Positions 25,578 through 39,834 of a stretch of 64,000 nt of DNA are shown here, piece by piece; the stretch's first letter is position 1, and every line of letters starts with the position of its first letter. Under the pieces are notes generated by a model. The model worked only from the letters and a program-made list of their open reading frames with translations. It did not search any database and had not been told where the DNA came from. The position numbers were made by a program, and so were the translations under genes. This stretch comes from Felis catus (lineage: Eukaryota): positions 193,566,001 to 193,630,000 of the forward strand of contig NC_058368.1 of assembly GCF_018350175.1 (NCBI RefSeq), written 5' to 3'.

Positions 25578-26831
25578 TGATGTGGAAATTTGGGGTTTGG
25601 GAGGAAAGAACTCTTGAGATGTCTTTGGTGCAAAAAGGTGGTTTTATTAAAGCACAGAGACAGGACCCATGGGCAGAAAGAGCTGCACTAGGGTTGTGAC
25701 GAATGGCTGATTATATACACACTTCCAAGTTGGGAGGGGGTTAGGGATAGTGTAGGTCTCTAAGGAATTTTGGAAGCAAGGTTTCCAGGACCTTGAGGGG
25801 ACTAGCTGTTGTTAGGGAAAAAGGTCATTTACTACCATCTAGTAAAACCTTAATCCTGTGACCCTTCAGATGTGTAAGTTTGGAGGATGATTGCTAACAT
25901 ATACCTGGCAAAAATTTCCAAATGAATTTTTACATGTTAATCATGAGGTTTTGGGATGATAGTGGGGTGGTCCAGAGCCCATGGTGAAGAAAGAATTCTT
26001 GAAGATGTGTTTGGTGCAAAAAGGTGATTTTATTAAAGCTTGGGGACAGGACCTGTGGGCAGAAAGAGCTGCACTGGGGTTGTGAGGGGTGACTGGTCAT
26101 CTACTATGGAGTTGGAGAGGTAAAGGCAAACCCAAGGCCTCCAGAGGACTCCTAAGATACCCAAGGCCTTGCTATTGTCAGGCTAAGGTTGTTTTTCCTC
26201 TAGTAAGGCATTAACATTAGGACCATAGGGGTTCCTGGGGAAATATTATACTCTGTATTTGCCTCAAGTATTTGTCAATGGGCTGCAGGTTATGAGGAAA
26301 TATCATTTTACCTGCCATTTCCTTCTTGCCTTTTTTTCCCATATCACTATTGAGGGGTAAGTTTGGGGCTCTAGGAAACTGAGTCTATAGGTTTTTGGAG
26401 ATGAGGCTATTGATAAGATTGGCTTTTTCTTGTAATTTACTAAGATATTTGTAAACTAAGATATTTGTAAACCCATGTCTTGTATGACTGTGATCTTGAT
26501 CAGCTGGCCATTTGTTTTCGTTCCTTTCCTTTGTCCTTGGTCATCCCGGAGTGCCTGAGGGATATCACACACATTCTACCTGGAGGGTGGGGGCACCGTA
26601 GCTTGCACTTTGTCCTCAGCCTGTCTCAAGCTCTCTCATCTTTAAGATCAACCTACAGGATCCTAGAGGTCAATGTTAAGTTAAAGTTGCCTTTTGCACT
26701 TAGCAAAGTTTTAACATACAGGTAGTTGTGCTCCTAGAGGAAGGTCACTCTGCCTGTCCCAAGGACGTGTCAATGGGCTCCAGGTTGTAAGGAAATTTAG
26801 CTTTTTTCTTTTGCTTTTGTTATCCACATCA
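25578..26831 (-). mobile_element. Carnivore ERV solo LTR (outer)
   Basis: inverted termini TGATGTGGA/TCCACATCA; flanks AGGAC/AGGAT; TTTATT polyA signal on minus strand. Confidence 0.85.
25944..26638 (-). mobile_element. Related carnivore LTR (CarLTR-like) nested in the outer LTR
   Basis: TGAG...CTCA ends; repeats the TTTGGTGCAAAAAGGTG...GGGCAGAAAGAGCTGCAC block. Confidence 0.7.
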
Positions 26832-29800
26832 AGGATGACACAATTGATTTTTCTTTAGAGCTGCCTAGAAATGCTGTGTTCCCACTATTGCTGTGATGCT
26901 TGGGCTCTCTGTACTGACATGTGAAAATATGTCTTTCCTTCTTGAGGAAGAGCCACAGGCAGGGATCCTAGTTGGTCAGTGGGTCTGGCTGGCTGCCTGT
27001 GTCTGTCTCAAATCATTTGCTGTCTTGTGACCTGAACTAGGACCTGGAGAGATTAGTCTAGGGAAAATGTCAAGGCCTTACAATTTATAATGCCCTTAGG
27101 CCTCCATCCACTCAGTTTGGATATCTCTTGGTCCCAAAGAAATCCCCTTCAGTCGTTTGCGGAGCTCTCTTAACTGTTTCTTCCTGGCTCAGTGGTGACT
27201 GTAGCACATCCCCGAAGTCAGGGAGCAAGACACGCAAACGTTTGGAGGAGAAAGGATCCCCTTTTGTTTCCTTCACTGTAGTTCAAAAAGTCATAATTTG
27301 TTTTACTTTCTATTTTCTATCCAGTTCACTGAGCTCTAAATCCATGATGGCAGAGACCATATGTACTGTTATACTTTCTACACCCAGTCTAGAGCTTCCC
27401 AGTAGTGGGCATTCACAAATACTTGCTAATGGAATGAATGTCTGCATCTGAATATGAATCCTGAGCCTGCTGAGTCTTTGGGAAGGCCACTTTATTTTTG
27501 GTAAATACCAATTTCCTCCTTTGTAAACTGGGGATAACCAGCCCCCTCTGCCTGCTTCTGGGATTGTGACAGAAAAGAGTGGTGGACTTTTGAGGTGGTC
27601 AAATTAAAGGGCTTTATAGAAATTAAAGGGTTTTTTGGTTTGGATGGATAACGCCTTTTGGATGTGTGGGTGTATAGAACAGCCACAGAGCTCAGCAAGA
27701 TCCTGTCTCATACGAGAGCTGACTTGAAGGCTTGTGCAGCACGAGCTTATCAATATCCTCATTAGCACGGCATCAGAATCATACCGGTGAGGTGTTCCCT
27801 TAATCTGTTGTGCAGGAGCATCATAAGAATTCATTAAGGTTGGTAGAATGATTTGATAACCTTGGATAATAGGTGTGACAGAAGTGTAAACTTAGATTAT
27901 TAAAACATGAATTGGATTGTATTCTGGATGACTCAAGCAGGCAATGGGGTGAAGGCAATTTCAGAAGGTTCTTTTCGATGCCTGGTGAAGAATGGATAGC
28001 GAACTTGGCTGTTGTCCATCTGCTTTCTTCACAGAGGGTACACTGCAGGCTGTACAGGAATGCAGGTAGAAACCAGTAGGGACAGTGAGGAAAACTGGGT
28101 TCCACTCTGACATGCTACTAACTGAGGAACTGTAGGCAAAGCATGGGCCTTCTTGGGGTCTCCATTTCTAACTTGGATAATAAAAACACTTTCACATCTA
28201 TTCCCCAAAACCAGATTTACCAGCTATTAGTTAGGACGGCATGGGAAAAATGAAAGAGATTTCTTTGGTCCAATAGAACAGACAGACTTTGGGTTTAAAA
28301 TTAAACAACTTTGCCTTAGGACCACACTTCTGAAAGCTTTTAATAAGTTCCTGTCAAATCTTTTGGGGAAAGAGGAGATGAAAGGCATAGGGGTTGTATT
28401 TCTTTAAATTATTTTCTTGTGGATTTCTTTTTCTCTGTTAACATCTTGACAAGTAGTATTCTTTGACTACTTTGGGAAATGCTGGACCCAAAAGTGGTAT
28501 CTTAGGTGACTGTCTATCTACAAGAGTTGCTCAGGGCAATCTCCCAAGACAGTACTATAATTTCAATGAGACAATGTTTTTACACGTATTAGATCAAGTG
28601 CTGAAAACAAACAAGCAAGCAAAGAAACAAGCACATCTAGCGTGCACAACCAGAATTCTGCCCTTCAGACATCTCCTTTTGAATGTTTCAAACCCAGTGA
28701 AAATCAGCCTGTGCAGAGCCATATTCAAAACCTTCCCCTTCTGCATCATACAAGTCCTAGACTTTTTGCAGTATTCTCTCCAAGTGTGGCACCATCACCA
28801 CTATCTGTGACAGCTTCTCTTTTGTCCTCATCTTCAGACCCTCACTTGGTCCTGTATATTTGCTAAAACCTATCACTTGTCTTCATTACATAAGGGTAAG
28901 TACTGGCAGGCAAATCTGGTTCTTCTAGTCTAGCACACATATGACCTCATTTAATCCCGGGCATGGGTATTGACCCCTGGTGAGTAGATAAGGATATTGA
29001 GGTATGGGAGCTGAAGGAGCATGCCCAAAGTCACAGACCCAGCCTCTAACAGTCACATCAAGAGGCAGCCCTAGCTCTAAAGCATCCTTTTGGGTATATT
29101 ATTGCTCCTTCTATGAGAGCAAACTCAAGCCCAAGTTTTCCCATTGTTCAAATGTGGTTTTAAGACGTCCTGCCTTGCCTCCATTATAGTATTGATGTAA
29201 GTAAAAAATTCAAGCAGAGGTGGAGAGCGCTTTAGAAATGGAAAAATTACTATACAAATGCAAGCTCTTATTACTTTACTAGGTGACAGAATTCAAACAG
29301 GCCAGGAGAGTGCATCTCAATTGTAATAATTTCTGTGATAACAGCTGCAGACAGTCTTTGGAAAGAAGGTCCTGAAAGCTATGTCCATTTCCTCGAATAA
29401 GTACTCATAAAATTCATGAAAGTCAGACAACATTGAGCCATTTGAACTGCATTTCTAATTTCCCAGATGGGTCCATCTAGAAGCCAAAACCCAATTTTAG
29501 ATCTTTAAAGGTGTTAAAGAGCATCTAATTCACCTCTCAGTTTACAGATGAGGAAACTGAGGCCTATAGCAACTTTAGTCAAGGTCAAAACCAAAAAGGA
29601 AGTCGCATTTCTATTTCTCTCTTTCTCTCCCTCCCATCTTTTGACTACTGACCTACACTGCTTTTCAGAGGTTTTTCTCCATAATCTCTGAATTCTTAAA
29701 ACTGAGACCGAAGTTGTCCTTTGGCTGGTAAGAGGCCCCTGGCAGCCTAAAAGGAGAAAGGCCTGTAGGCACTTGCTTTGGGAAGAAGAAAAGCTTTCAT

Positions 29801-30249
29801 TTGGGGCTGGGAGACACAGCCATACTCTGCACATTCTCTGGGGAAAGCATTTAATTTGTGCTCCTGAGGGCCTGTGAGCCTGGAGATTGGGTTGTTAAAC
29901 ATGGTCTCAGGGTGAAAAGAAAATAATATGAATGAGAGCCTTTACTAACAACACATCTTCTGCCTGGGATGCCCCACCTCGCTAATGAAATATTCAAGTC
30001 ATAGCCATCTCTCCAGATGTGGACTAAATATTGTCTAAAAGGTTGTATTTTTCCTTCTAAGCATTTACATATTTGTCTCCTTACCATATATAAGCAATAT
30101 TGCCCTCCATGAGAGATAAGATAACATTCTTGGAATAAACCATGAAATCCTGCTCATCAGCACCCCAATCCCCCTTACCACCCTCACAACTTACCTTTCC
30201 TTCAGTGTGCAGATTTCCAGGCTTTCTCTATGCCTCTTTCTTAGGATGC

Positions 30250-30588
30250 AAGGGAGATACACAGCTCAAATGCCCAGAAGGGCCAGGCACTTATATAAAT
30301 CTGATAAACGGGCTATATTCCAGAATGCCTGCCCCATCTGTAGGCACCTGTTCTAGCTATTACTGCTGTGTGGGACTGGGGACCTCCAGCATTGTCAGAT
30401 GCTTCAGTTTAGGACTAGATCCAAATTCAGATTTTTGGTGGGGGTGGGGGGGTGGGGGGGTGGTGCGGCACAGGCAGAAACCTTTGACTTCAAGACGTGG
30501 GCAATGAATTCTAAATTTTTAGAAATGTTACATAGGCCACATGAGATACCTATAAGCAAGATGCAGCCCACAGGTTTAGAGCCTCTGA
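30250..30588. mobile_element. MER45-like hAT element
   Basis: CTCAAATGCCCAGAAGGGCCAGGCA start, GAGCCTCTG end. Confidence 0.65.
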
Positions 30589-30599
30589 TTTATTAACAC

Positions 30600-30860
30600 A
30601 TGTATGTAAATGGGGGCATACTTCATGCATTGTTTTGCGATGTATTTGTTTTCCCCGATTCCATATTGTTTGTAGTGATATTTCTATGTAGTGATACCAC
30701 GTAGTAAATTTTAATGGTTGTATAGTATTCCTTGTCATAGATACATAATAGTTCACCTTCTGTTTATCCTGTTGATAAGCATATAGGTGTTGATACTTTT
30801 TCAATAGCATAAGGAGTTTCAACAAATCTTACACATGAGTCTGCACGCATGAGGACTGTT
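30600..30860 (-). mobile_element. Old L1 (L1ME-type) fragment
   Basis: TTTTAATGGTTGTATAGTATTCC motif. Confidence 0.65.
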
Positions 30861-33740
30861 TAGGATGATCATGAATTACTCTCTGACTTGTCACCCGCCA
30901 TCCTGTCTTGTTTCCTTCAAAGACGTAGAAATAAGGAACCACATCTTAATCCTTTGTGTACTCAGTATTTAAGTATACCTAAGTATAAACCCCTAAAGAA
31001 ATCAGTGGACTAAAATAAGAAGTTCTAAAATAAACTCATCAAACCTGATTTTTTACATCTAATTTTCTGAATGCCTTTTAGGCAAGCTACATTCTGTGTC
31101 TAAGCCTTTATCTCTCCATCTGCAAAGTATACATCGTTCTTTTATTCGACAGATTTCAAATATTTACTGAGTACCTTCTTTGTGTTGGGTATTGTGTTAA
31201 GTGTGAGGGATGCAGCTGTGATACGGGAGTTATCTTTTATGGGGTCTGCTCTGTGTTCCCTTTCACTTATCACCTCCTTTGATGCTATGATACCCGCCCA
31301 TGCCTCTCAACCTCAAGCCCTGAGCAGGTTTGAAAATGGAAATAGTGTCACACTCCCCCAGGTGCAATTGCTAAGAGCCCTCCACTGAACATACATACCA
31401 TGGGGATTATTAAATGCTCTGTACTGGCAACTGCTGAAGGCAAAGCATCCGTAAGCAGGTTTCACTGTCAAACCATGTTATGCTTTGGATAATTTCCTCT
31501 GTCCTGTGAATACTCATTACGGACTCCTTTCAAAGAGTATGGATTTCCCCAGTTAAGGTGATGGTAATTGGAAGGCATCGTCCTTTTTTTCTGTCAGTTG
31601 GGGAAGGCAGGGTGTCCCAACTTTGCTAAACCTTATTCCCTGAGGTCAGAAGGAAGTAAAAATAGGAATAGTGAAAACACATAGGACTTCATACAATAGG
31701 GTAAAAGGCAATAAATTCATTAACTGTCAAGGAAGGGCACAGGGGAGTCAGCATCCTATGTAGAAGTAAAGTCACACTGAAAAGGAAGGCAATACATTAT
31801 GGTGGTTTAAATCCCTGGCTTTTGACCAACTGTCCTGTTTCCTTTGTTTATAAAAAGATAATAATACCACCTAACTCATTGGAATATTGAAGTCATCAAA
31901 ATAGATGTATTATTATGGGAGGTGAAAATGACCTATTGTCTAGTTTTATTTGTAATGTGGACTAGCTTTAGGACCTTAGGAAAGACCTTTTCTTTCCTGG
32001 AACTTGTGTTGCATCATCTCTAGAAAGGGGAACAAAATGGCCATCGCTATTTCCAAAAGCTCTGATGAGACTCCAGGAAAGCCACCGAGAAAGCATTTCA
32101 TGACCTCAGCTAGGAACTGGCATTAGAACCAATGACTCAGGTTACACATTAGAAAGTTATGAATTGGAATATTTTCTCAACATTTGAGGCTGATTGCCAT
32201 TCCACAATTTTCTCAGGAAATGAAAATGTCGCATCTGGGAGCAGGGCACATGACAAGCTAATTAGATTCACTTTCTGGTCCATTCAAATATTTGAGCATC
32301 CACCAGGTAGCATTTAGGCACTAGGGAAATACAATGGTGAGACTAAGGGAATGTGACTTTGCTCCCATGGAGTTCAGAGTCGAACGGGGGGTGGGGCGCA
32401 GCTACTGATTAAATTATCACAAATAATCAGTAGAAACTGAAATGGGTGCTATGCCAAAAGAAAAAAAAAAAAAAAGAAGAAGGGAGACCTAATTTTAATT
32501 AGGAGTTCTGAAAGTCTGGAAGACCATGATGTTAAAATGGGATGAAGATTGCATATATATGGTTATTAATCCCTTCCCCATCCAACTCCTGCCTCCTTCC
32601 TGATCCCGATTGTATTATTTAAGAAATTTACAATTATGAGATGATATATAGAAAAGAACTCTCATTTTGCATTTAGATAATAAAGCATTCATTGAGCCCT
32701 TCTTACATGCCAAGAGGTCTTCTAAGTACTTTACAAGTATTAACATTTATTTTTCAAAAAAAAAATCCTATTTTGTAAAATCCCTGCTTCTCAGACAAGG
32801 GGGTAGATGTGTACGAGTCATGAGTTCAAGTCATAATTCACCTCTTGGGGAGAGAGAAACGTTGAGCAATGACTCAGAGCCTCATTTCCCTGCTCTGTAT
32901 GATGGGGGTTAGAGGCCCAGTCAGCATTTAGGGTTGGCGCAAGATCACATAGAATAACAAATGTGTTTCTGTATATTAAAACAAATGGCCATGTGCATAG
33001 AAGGGGTTATTACTGGGGGTATTCAGGGAATAGTGTCACAAGTTCATGTTGGATACAGCAAAAACACTGTGTATCAGCATCATTCAATTAGCATTTGTAG
33101 CAATATATTTGCCAAGCTCCCCCCTTCCCCATTACTATATATTTATGTCAAGGCATTACAAGGTCCTCTTCACACTCTTCTCTGGGACATTTGAAACTGC
33201 ACTGGTAATTGGAAAGGACCCTCAGCATCACTGATTTTGTGTATGGAGGGAACATTTGGGAGAGGATATCTTATGTTACTGTACAACTGCTGATTTAATT
33301 CCTTCTAAAGTACCCCATGTGTAACTTTACCCCATATAATATAAGGGGATAGAATCAAGGTCATGAACATCTGAGAGTACTGACTGTGTGAACAAATTCT
33401 GGGGGAGAGGCTAAAGCAGTAGTCCCTTCCCTGAGGAGCTAATGACAGCAGAACTAAATCCATGCCTCCTTAGAAACAGAGCAGAATCAAAATTGATAAC
33501 ATCACCAGTAATATAATTCATGGCATCACCTGTGATTGTTTCTGACACTCTGTCTGTAACACAACAAGAAGACCTCTAAGCCTGACATCCCCCAAATTAT
33601 CCTGGCCTCTCCTATGGCATGGTGTAGGGAAAACAGCATTAGTTACAGGTTCCCAGTTTCAAATTTGCTAAGAAAGAAAACCAAGGTGGCTTCTCGTGGG
33701 TCATATTGCTAGTCACAGGGGCTCTTAAAAGATCAGGAGG

Positions 33741-34390
33741 TATGGTATACAAAATAATATCCATGTTACGATCCCTGGGACCTGAGATTATATAACTGTA
33801 AATGGCTTTTACAATGCAGAGGTTAACAGGGGCACCTGGGTGGCTCAGTCAGTTGAGCATCTGACTTCAGCTCAGGTCATGATCTCATGGTTCATGAGTT
33901 AGAACCCAGCATCATGTTGGGCTGTCAGCTGTCATGGCAGAGCTTGCTATGGACGCTCCATCCCAATCTCTCTCTGCCCCCCCCCCCAACTGGTGCCATC
34001 TCTCAAAAATAAATAAACATAAAAAAAAAAAAAGATGGAGAGGTTATCTTGTATTGTTCAGGTGGGTCCAATGTAATCACAGGGGTCCTTTTGGAGGCAG
34101 GCCGAAGGGTCAGCATGACAGAAAGAGATGTAAAAAAGTAAGCAGAATTCAGAGGGCTACAGCCTTGAACCAAATAATGTGGGCAGCCTCTAGCTTCTGG
34201 AAACGACGAGAAACAGAGTCTCCCTCGGAGCCCCCATAAGGAATGTAGCTTTGCCGACATTTTGATTTTAATCCTGTAAGACTCACCTCAGACTCTGATC
34301 TCCAGAACTGTAAGTTAATAAATATGTGTAGTTATTTTCAGCTACTAAATTTGTGATAATTCCTTAGGACAGCAATAGAAAACTAATGCA
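33741..34390. mobile_element. MaLR LTR (MLT1D-like) with inserted SINE
   Basis: GGTGGGTCCAATGTAATCACAGGGGTCC, CTCCAGAACTGTAAG, CAGCAATAGAAAACTAAT end. Confidence 0.85.
33829..34033 (+). mobile_element. CanSINE
   Basis: GGCACCTGGGTGGCTCAGTCAGTT head, A tail. Confidence 0.92.
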
Positions 34391-34419
34391 GTGGTCTGCA
34401 ACTACAAAGTCTGAATCTC

Positions 34420-34760
34420 TAAGAACAGGCAAATGAGTGTAGGGAAAGCAAAGGCAGCATTCAAAGGGATAGAAAAACCTAGTTTAACTTGAACAGTATT
34501 TACGGACTGCAATGCTGCCATCCTTAGGTATGAAGATCCAACAAGATGTCTATATATCTCTGTGCCTGCCGTTCTGCCAGCTTGCACACCACCAGCTAGC
34601 TCTGATCTGCCAATCAGCTATTCTCCTGATGTCCTGACTGCTGAAGTCAGCAGGTTCTCTTTGTACATGGCAGTATTTCAGAAGCGCTAGGTTTCTCATC
34701 AAGGCTTTCTCTTGGGTTTCCAACTGTTCCAAGTATCTATAAAGGCAGGAATCCGATTGA
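34420..34760 (+). mobile_element. Possible ancient RTE-clade LINE remnant
   Basis: from 34439 translates VGKAKAAFKGIEK...VFTDCNAAILRYE, like the RTE ORF C-terminal motifs. Confidence 0.35.
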
Positions 34761-34819
34761 ATCAAAATTAGGAAGCTGATCGGGTTCCTCTTTATTCTTC
34801 TTCATTTTTCCCCCTTAAA

Positions 34820-35465
34820 GATTTAGGGTTTAAATAACTTTAAAAACCACAAAAGTTTTAAGCAACACAAATACATAAATACGTAAAGTAAAACATGAAA
34901 CACTCCCTCTTATACTCCGTCACCAATTCCACTTTTCCCACAGCTGACCTTACACATCCTGCTGAATTTTTTTTCTTTCTGTAACTTGTTGGTACATATA
35001 GATCTTCTCATAAAAACTGATTACATCCTATCCATGAAGTCAGTAAATATAAATAAATTATATTTATTTCCCTACTGGTGGACTTGCCAGTTGCTTCTGA
35101 TTCTTCACGATTACATGCAGCATAGCCTTATGAACACCTCTGCACCGTATGGAAGTGCTTCAACAGAACAGAGCTTTACAAGGGGGACTGCTGCATCAAA
35201 GGTTGCATGTTTAAGATGATCAAGTTTGCTAAATTGCTCTCCAACAGGTTTTCCTGATGTACATTCCCATTAACAGTCTATGAAAGCACCATTTCTCTAC
35301 ACCCTTAAGATTATACCCTGGGTATGATTCGTCTTTTTAATCCGATCTGTGAAAAATGCACTCTGGCTGTTGCTTGTATTTGCATTTCCCTGGTTAGTAA
35401 TGAGCTTGAGCATCTCCTTATGCATTCATTGGTCATTTGTTTTGTTTTGTTTTTCTCTTCCTGTG
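34820..35465 (-). mobile_element. Old L1 (L1ME-type) fragment
   Basis: AAATTGCTCTCCAA, ATTTGCATTTCCCTG...GAGCATCT. Confidence 0.8.
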
Positions 35466-35959
35466 TGAGGGGGATCCATTTTAAGTGGGTTCAGCAATGA
35501 AAAGTAGTGGCAAGGAACTGTCAGGAAGTGTCTGAGCTGCATATCAAGGCCTTGCAGCCCAAGGCTCAGACTCCCAACACCTTCCCAGCCAAGAGCAGCA
35601 TGCATACCTGGGGAAATGCCGGGTCTATTTTAAACCTGCCAGAAAGAGGAAGGGTATCAATTCCACTGGCATGCTTATTCTTCTACCACTTTGTCAATTT
35701 GTGACCTTTGGCATATGCCTTCTCGATTCCCAGTTTCTTTACTCTTTTATACAATGAAAAGCATCTGGTCTTTTTTGGTCTCAAATTTTTGGGTTCTAAA
35801 CAACATTGATTAAATGACCACCAATCTTCTCCAAGAACCAGCCTTCAGCAAAATTATGTCAGCCCAACTGGGCGTTCATAGTTGCTGACAGAGACTTAGA
35901 GAAGGTATACTATTATTCTAGGGGGAGCAGCCCCATGGAAGTAGGGAATGTAGGGCACA

Positions 35960-36330
35960 GGGGAAACAGGACTATGGCAAAGGTAGAGTAACATGGAATG
36001 AGGCTGGAGGGGGCAGTGAGTGCTGAACCACAGAAGCCTTTTGGACCATGTTATGGATTCTGTTCTGTTTCCAAAAAGCAAAGAAGAATCACTGGGTAGG
36101 TAGGGACATTCAATAAGGGGAATAATCCTATCTAATTTGCCTGGTGAAAATATCACTCTGGCTGGAGCACTGAGAACGAATTTGGGGCATGAACGTGGGA
36201 GACAATGAGGAGGCCCTTATCAAGCAGACAAGAGAGGATGGTTGTGCAGACCTCAGACATGGTGTTAAAAACGGAGAGAAGTAGAAAGATTTAAGAGGTA
36301 TTTGCCCCAGTGAGTTTCTTAAACTGGAGA
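35960..36330. mobile_element. L2 fragment
   Basis: TCACTCTGGCTG, GGAGAGAAGTAGAAAGATTTAAGAG. Confidence 0.65.
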
Positions 36331-37326
36331 GGCAGACACATGGAAAGAGGGCATAGTGTTCCTGGCACTGGTAAGCAAACGTCCAACGACAATTCTTTGC
36401 TCTCGGTTCTCATCCTCCTTAGGCAAGGACTGCTGTATTTCCAGCAACTGGCCCAGAGTGGGTGCACAGCAAAGATCTATTCAGTAAGGGAATAGCATGG
36501 CTAAAGAAGGGTTTAGAACAGACGGTGTCACTGTTCACTGTGAAGTTTCATGGGAGACAGGAGCCTGGTGCTGGTGTGCGAGAGGCATCCAGAGCACTAT
36601 CATTGTCTCACTTTATGCAGCCCTGAACGGCTTTCACTTATCGAGAAATGGCCTCCGTGAACAACTTCCCCAAGGATATTTAATGATTGGTGAAGGGATG
36701 TTGGAACCCTCATATGAGGGTCTTTGAGGCCTTCCTTCTTGTGACAGATTTTTTGGACTTACACAATAGAATGTCATTGTAAGATTAGTCTACCCAAGGG
36801 AAATGATTTTCAAACAATCCCTGGAGACAGAATAAGCTCCAGAAGAAGATGACTTACCTTCTTGGATTCTCATTCTGTTAATTTTCAGTTTTTAATTGCT
36901 ATTTATTGAAAGGTTACTACATGCTTCCTAGATCACTCTCCTCTTACATATATCTCATTCAACCACCATGGCCTAATTAGATAGCAATATCATTATCCCC
37001 ATTTTACCAAACTGAGGTTCAGATGAAATGATTTTGAAAATTAAATAAGAAATATGTGCCACCATCACTATTTGAAGCCAGGTCTAACTGCAAAGCCCTC
37101 ATGTCAAATGGCTGCATGATCTGACTTAAGGGCCATGGTCAAGGGGACCTAGGAAGGAGTGTAATTACCTTGAATGAAGCCAGACTCAATATCTGTATAT
37201 GTATAATGCGTTGGGCTCTTTTTATGTTTATATGGCTGTGGTATAACATACACTTTCCCACCCAACTGTAGGAGCTCCCAAATGCTTCGTGATCTGTTGA
37301 AATTTACTATGTAAAGACAGCCCAGT

Positions 37327-37542
37327 GGGTCCTGGGTGGCTCAGTTGGTTAATTGTCCAGCTTTTGGTTTCAGGTCAGGTCATGATTTCACGTCTTGTGA
37401 TTTCAAGCCCCACTTCAGGTTCTGTGCTGACAGTGAGGAGCCTGCTTTGAATTCTCTCTCTCCCCCTCTCTCTCAGCCTCCTCCCCTCTCTCCCTCTCTC
37501 TCTCTCTCTCAAATAAATAAAGAAACTTAAAGAAAAAAAAAA
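37327..37542 (+). mobile_element. CanSINE
   Basis: CTGGGTGGCTCAGTTGGTTAA, CT tract, A tail. Confidence 0.9.
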
Positions 37543-37871
37543 CCTTTAAAGATAGCACAGCATAAGAGTATGACTGGGAATCTCATCCTGTTTCTCTACC
37601 ACTGTCTCTGTGACCTCCCTAGGTAAGTTATTTGAAATTTTTGTGCTTGAGTTTTGACATTTGCAAAATGGGAATAATAGGAAAACATCCCTTATAAAGT
37701 CGTGAAGAGTTAAGCACCTGGCACAGGGTAGGCATTCAGTACATGTTAGCTATTCTTATCTCTCCAGGCTGTCCCAATGGCCTTTACACAGTCAATATTA
37801 AAAAATATATACATTTATTGAATGTTTACTCTATGTCAAATATTGTGCTAGGTGTTAAGAATAGAAGGGTC

Positions 37872-38230
37872 TTGTGATTATCTATTAGTGCATAACAAAC
37901 TAGCCCTAAGCCTGACGGATTAAATCACATTTAATTTTATCTCATGATTTTGTGGGCCAGGAATTTGGGAAGGGCTTGGGTGGGCGATTCTTCCGGTGTT
38001 CGCTTGGCCGCTAGGTTATTCTAGAAGGTCCAAGATGGTTTCATTCATATTTCTGGAGCCTTGGTAGGGGCAGCTGGAAGGCTGTGGTCAGTGGGGGCTT
38101 CTCACTCTCTTTGTAGCCTTAGGGCCTCTTTTAGAGTCTTCTGAAAAGAGGTTATGAGGCCAGTAGGTAGAGGAGCCAAAACTTGAACCTGAAAGGGTAA
38201 ATCCAGAAGCTGGTCCTAGTTACTTGCAAC
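37872..38230. mobile_element. MaLR LTR (MLT1-type) fragment
   Basis: TATCTATTAGTGCATAACAAAC...TGTGGGCCAGGAATTTGGG. Confidence 0.7.
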
Positions 38231-38979
38231 TTAACACACTATTTTAAAATTAAGCCTCCTTGGCACTCATTTCTGGGCTTGCAGACAATCCCCAGGTTGT
38301 TTTCAGCAGGAGAACCTATCATAGGAGTTATGCATATTGAGTTCTGGATCCACCTCAGTTGCTTTCCCGCCATATGACCCTGGACAAGCCACTTCCCTTC
38401 TCAGTCCTCCTTGTCTCCATTTATAAGATGAGGTTACCTCATCTCCTGCCCATTTTTCAGGTTCACTTGGAGGACTGTATTTGTAGTAAAGTATCACAGG
38501 GAGTCAGGAGACCCCATTCCTAGTTCTGACTCATCTTACTTACTATGTGCTGTTGGCCAGTTCTTACTCCATTTCCGGAATACAGGTTTTGTGAAGCAGT
38601 CTCTACAATCCTTTCAACTCAAATTTCAAGGAAGATATTGATAAAAACATCATCAGCCTAGAGCTTGTTAACCTAAAAGAGAGCATTTCCATAATTAAGA
38701 TTACATGGGATGGAATGTGCTGACTGTGTCTCTGTGACAGGCAGACCCACCTTCCCTTGGGATGAACATCTTATAATTGGCCAGGGCTATGGATAGCATC
38801 TATGGGCCTGGATCTGATCAAAGCCAAATGCCCAAATCAAATGAGATGGCACTGATGATTTTAGCCTGATACCATGGAATAATCAGCCACTAAGACTCTA
38901 CATACAACTTGATATTCATAAATACCAAGCTTTTAAAATCATTGGCTGAATCATTTAGGTAATACATATTTAAAGTTAA

Positions 38980-39515
38980 CCAAATATGGAAGCAACTTAA
39001 GTTCCCATTGATAGATATGGAAGATGTAGCATATATGCATATAAAATGAAATATTATGCAACCATAAAAAATGTGAGATCGTGCCATTTGCAATAACTTG
39101 GATGGACCTAGAGAGTGTTTTGCTAAGTGAAATGAGTCAGACTGAGAAAGATGAATAACATGATTTTACTCATATGTGAAATCTAAAATATGAAACAAAT
39201 GAATAAATAAAAAGAGGAATCATGCCTATAATAGAGAACAAACTGATAGCTGTTAGAGAAGGGGGATGAGCAAAATGGGTGAAGGGGAATGGGAGGTATA
39301 GGCTTCCAGTTATGGAATGAATAAGTTACAGAAATGAAAAGTACAGCATAGGGAATATCATCCGTGGTATTGTAACAGCATTGTGTGGTGACAAATGATA
39401 AGTACACTTGTTCTGAGCATAGTATGACTACAGAGAAATTTAATCACTGTGCTGTATACTGAAACTCATGTAATATTATATGTCAACTATACTCAAAAAA
39501 GTAAAAACTAAATGA
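38980..39515 (+). mobile_element. Carnivore L1 3' fragment
   Basis: GCCATTTGCAATAAC, GGCTTCCAGTTATGGAATG; TTAAAGTTAA on both flanks. Confidence 0.9.
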
Positions 39516-39834
39516 TTAAAGTTAATTAGAGTAGTCCAGACCTTAAGGTAGCTAATAAATGATGAAATACATTTGAATCAATTATTATAAAGAGGGGACT
39601 TTTATGTTTATTCACTTTAGTATCCCAAGTATCTAGAACAGGCCCTTGCACATACTAAGTACTCAAACATGTCCCTGAATAAAATAAATAACTAATGTTT
39701 TCTGCTTAATGGTTCTACCCATTATCCATGTAATGGGACACTTTAAATTCATGCTTTTGTTTTTTAATAATTTCCAAATATTCTACAGTCTTTAATTTTC
39801 CACATGAAGTCAGTTATTGCCAATGTATTTTTAA

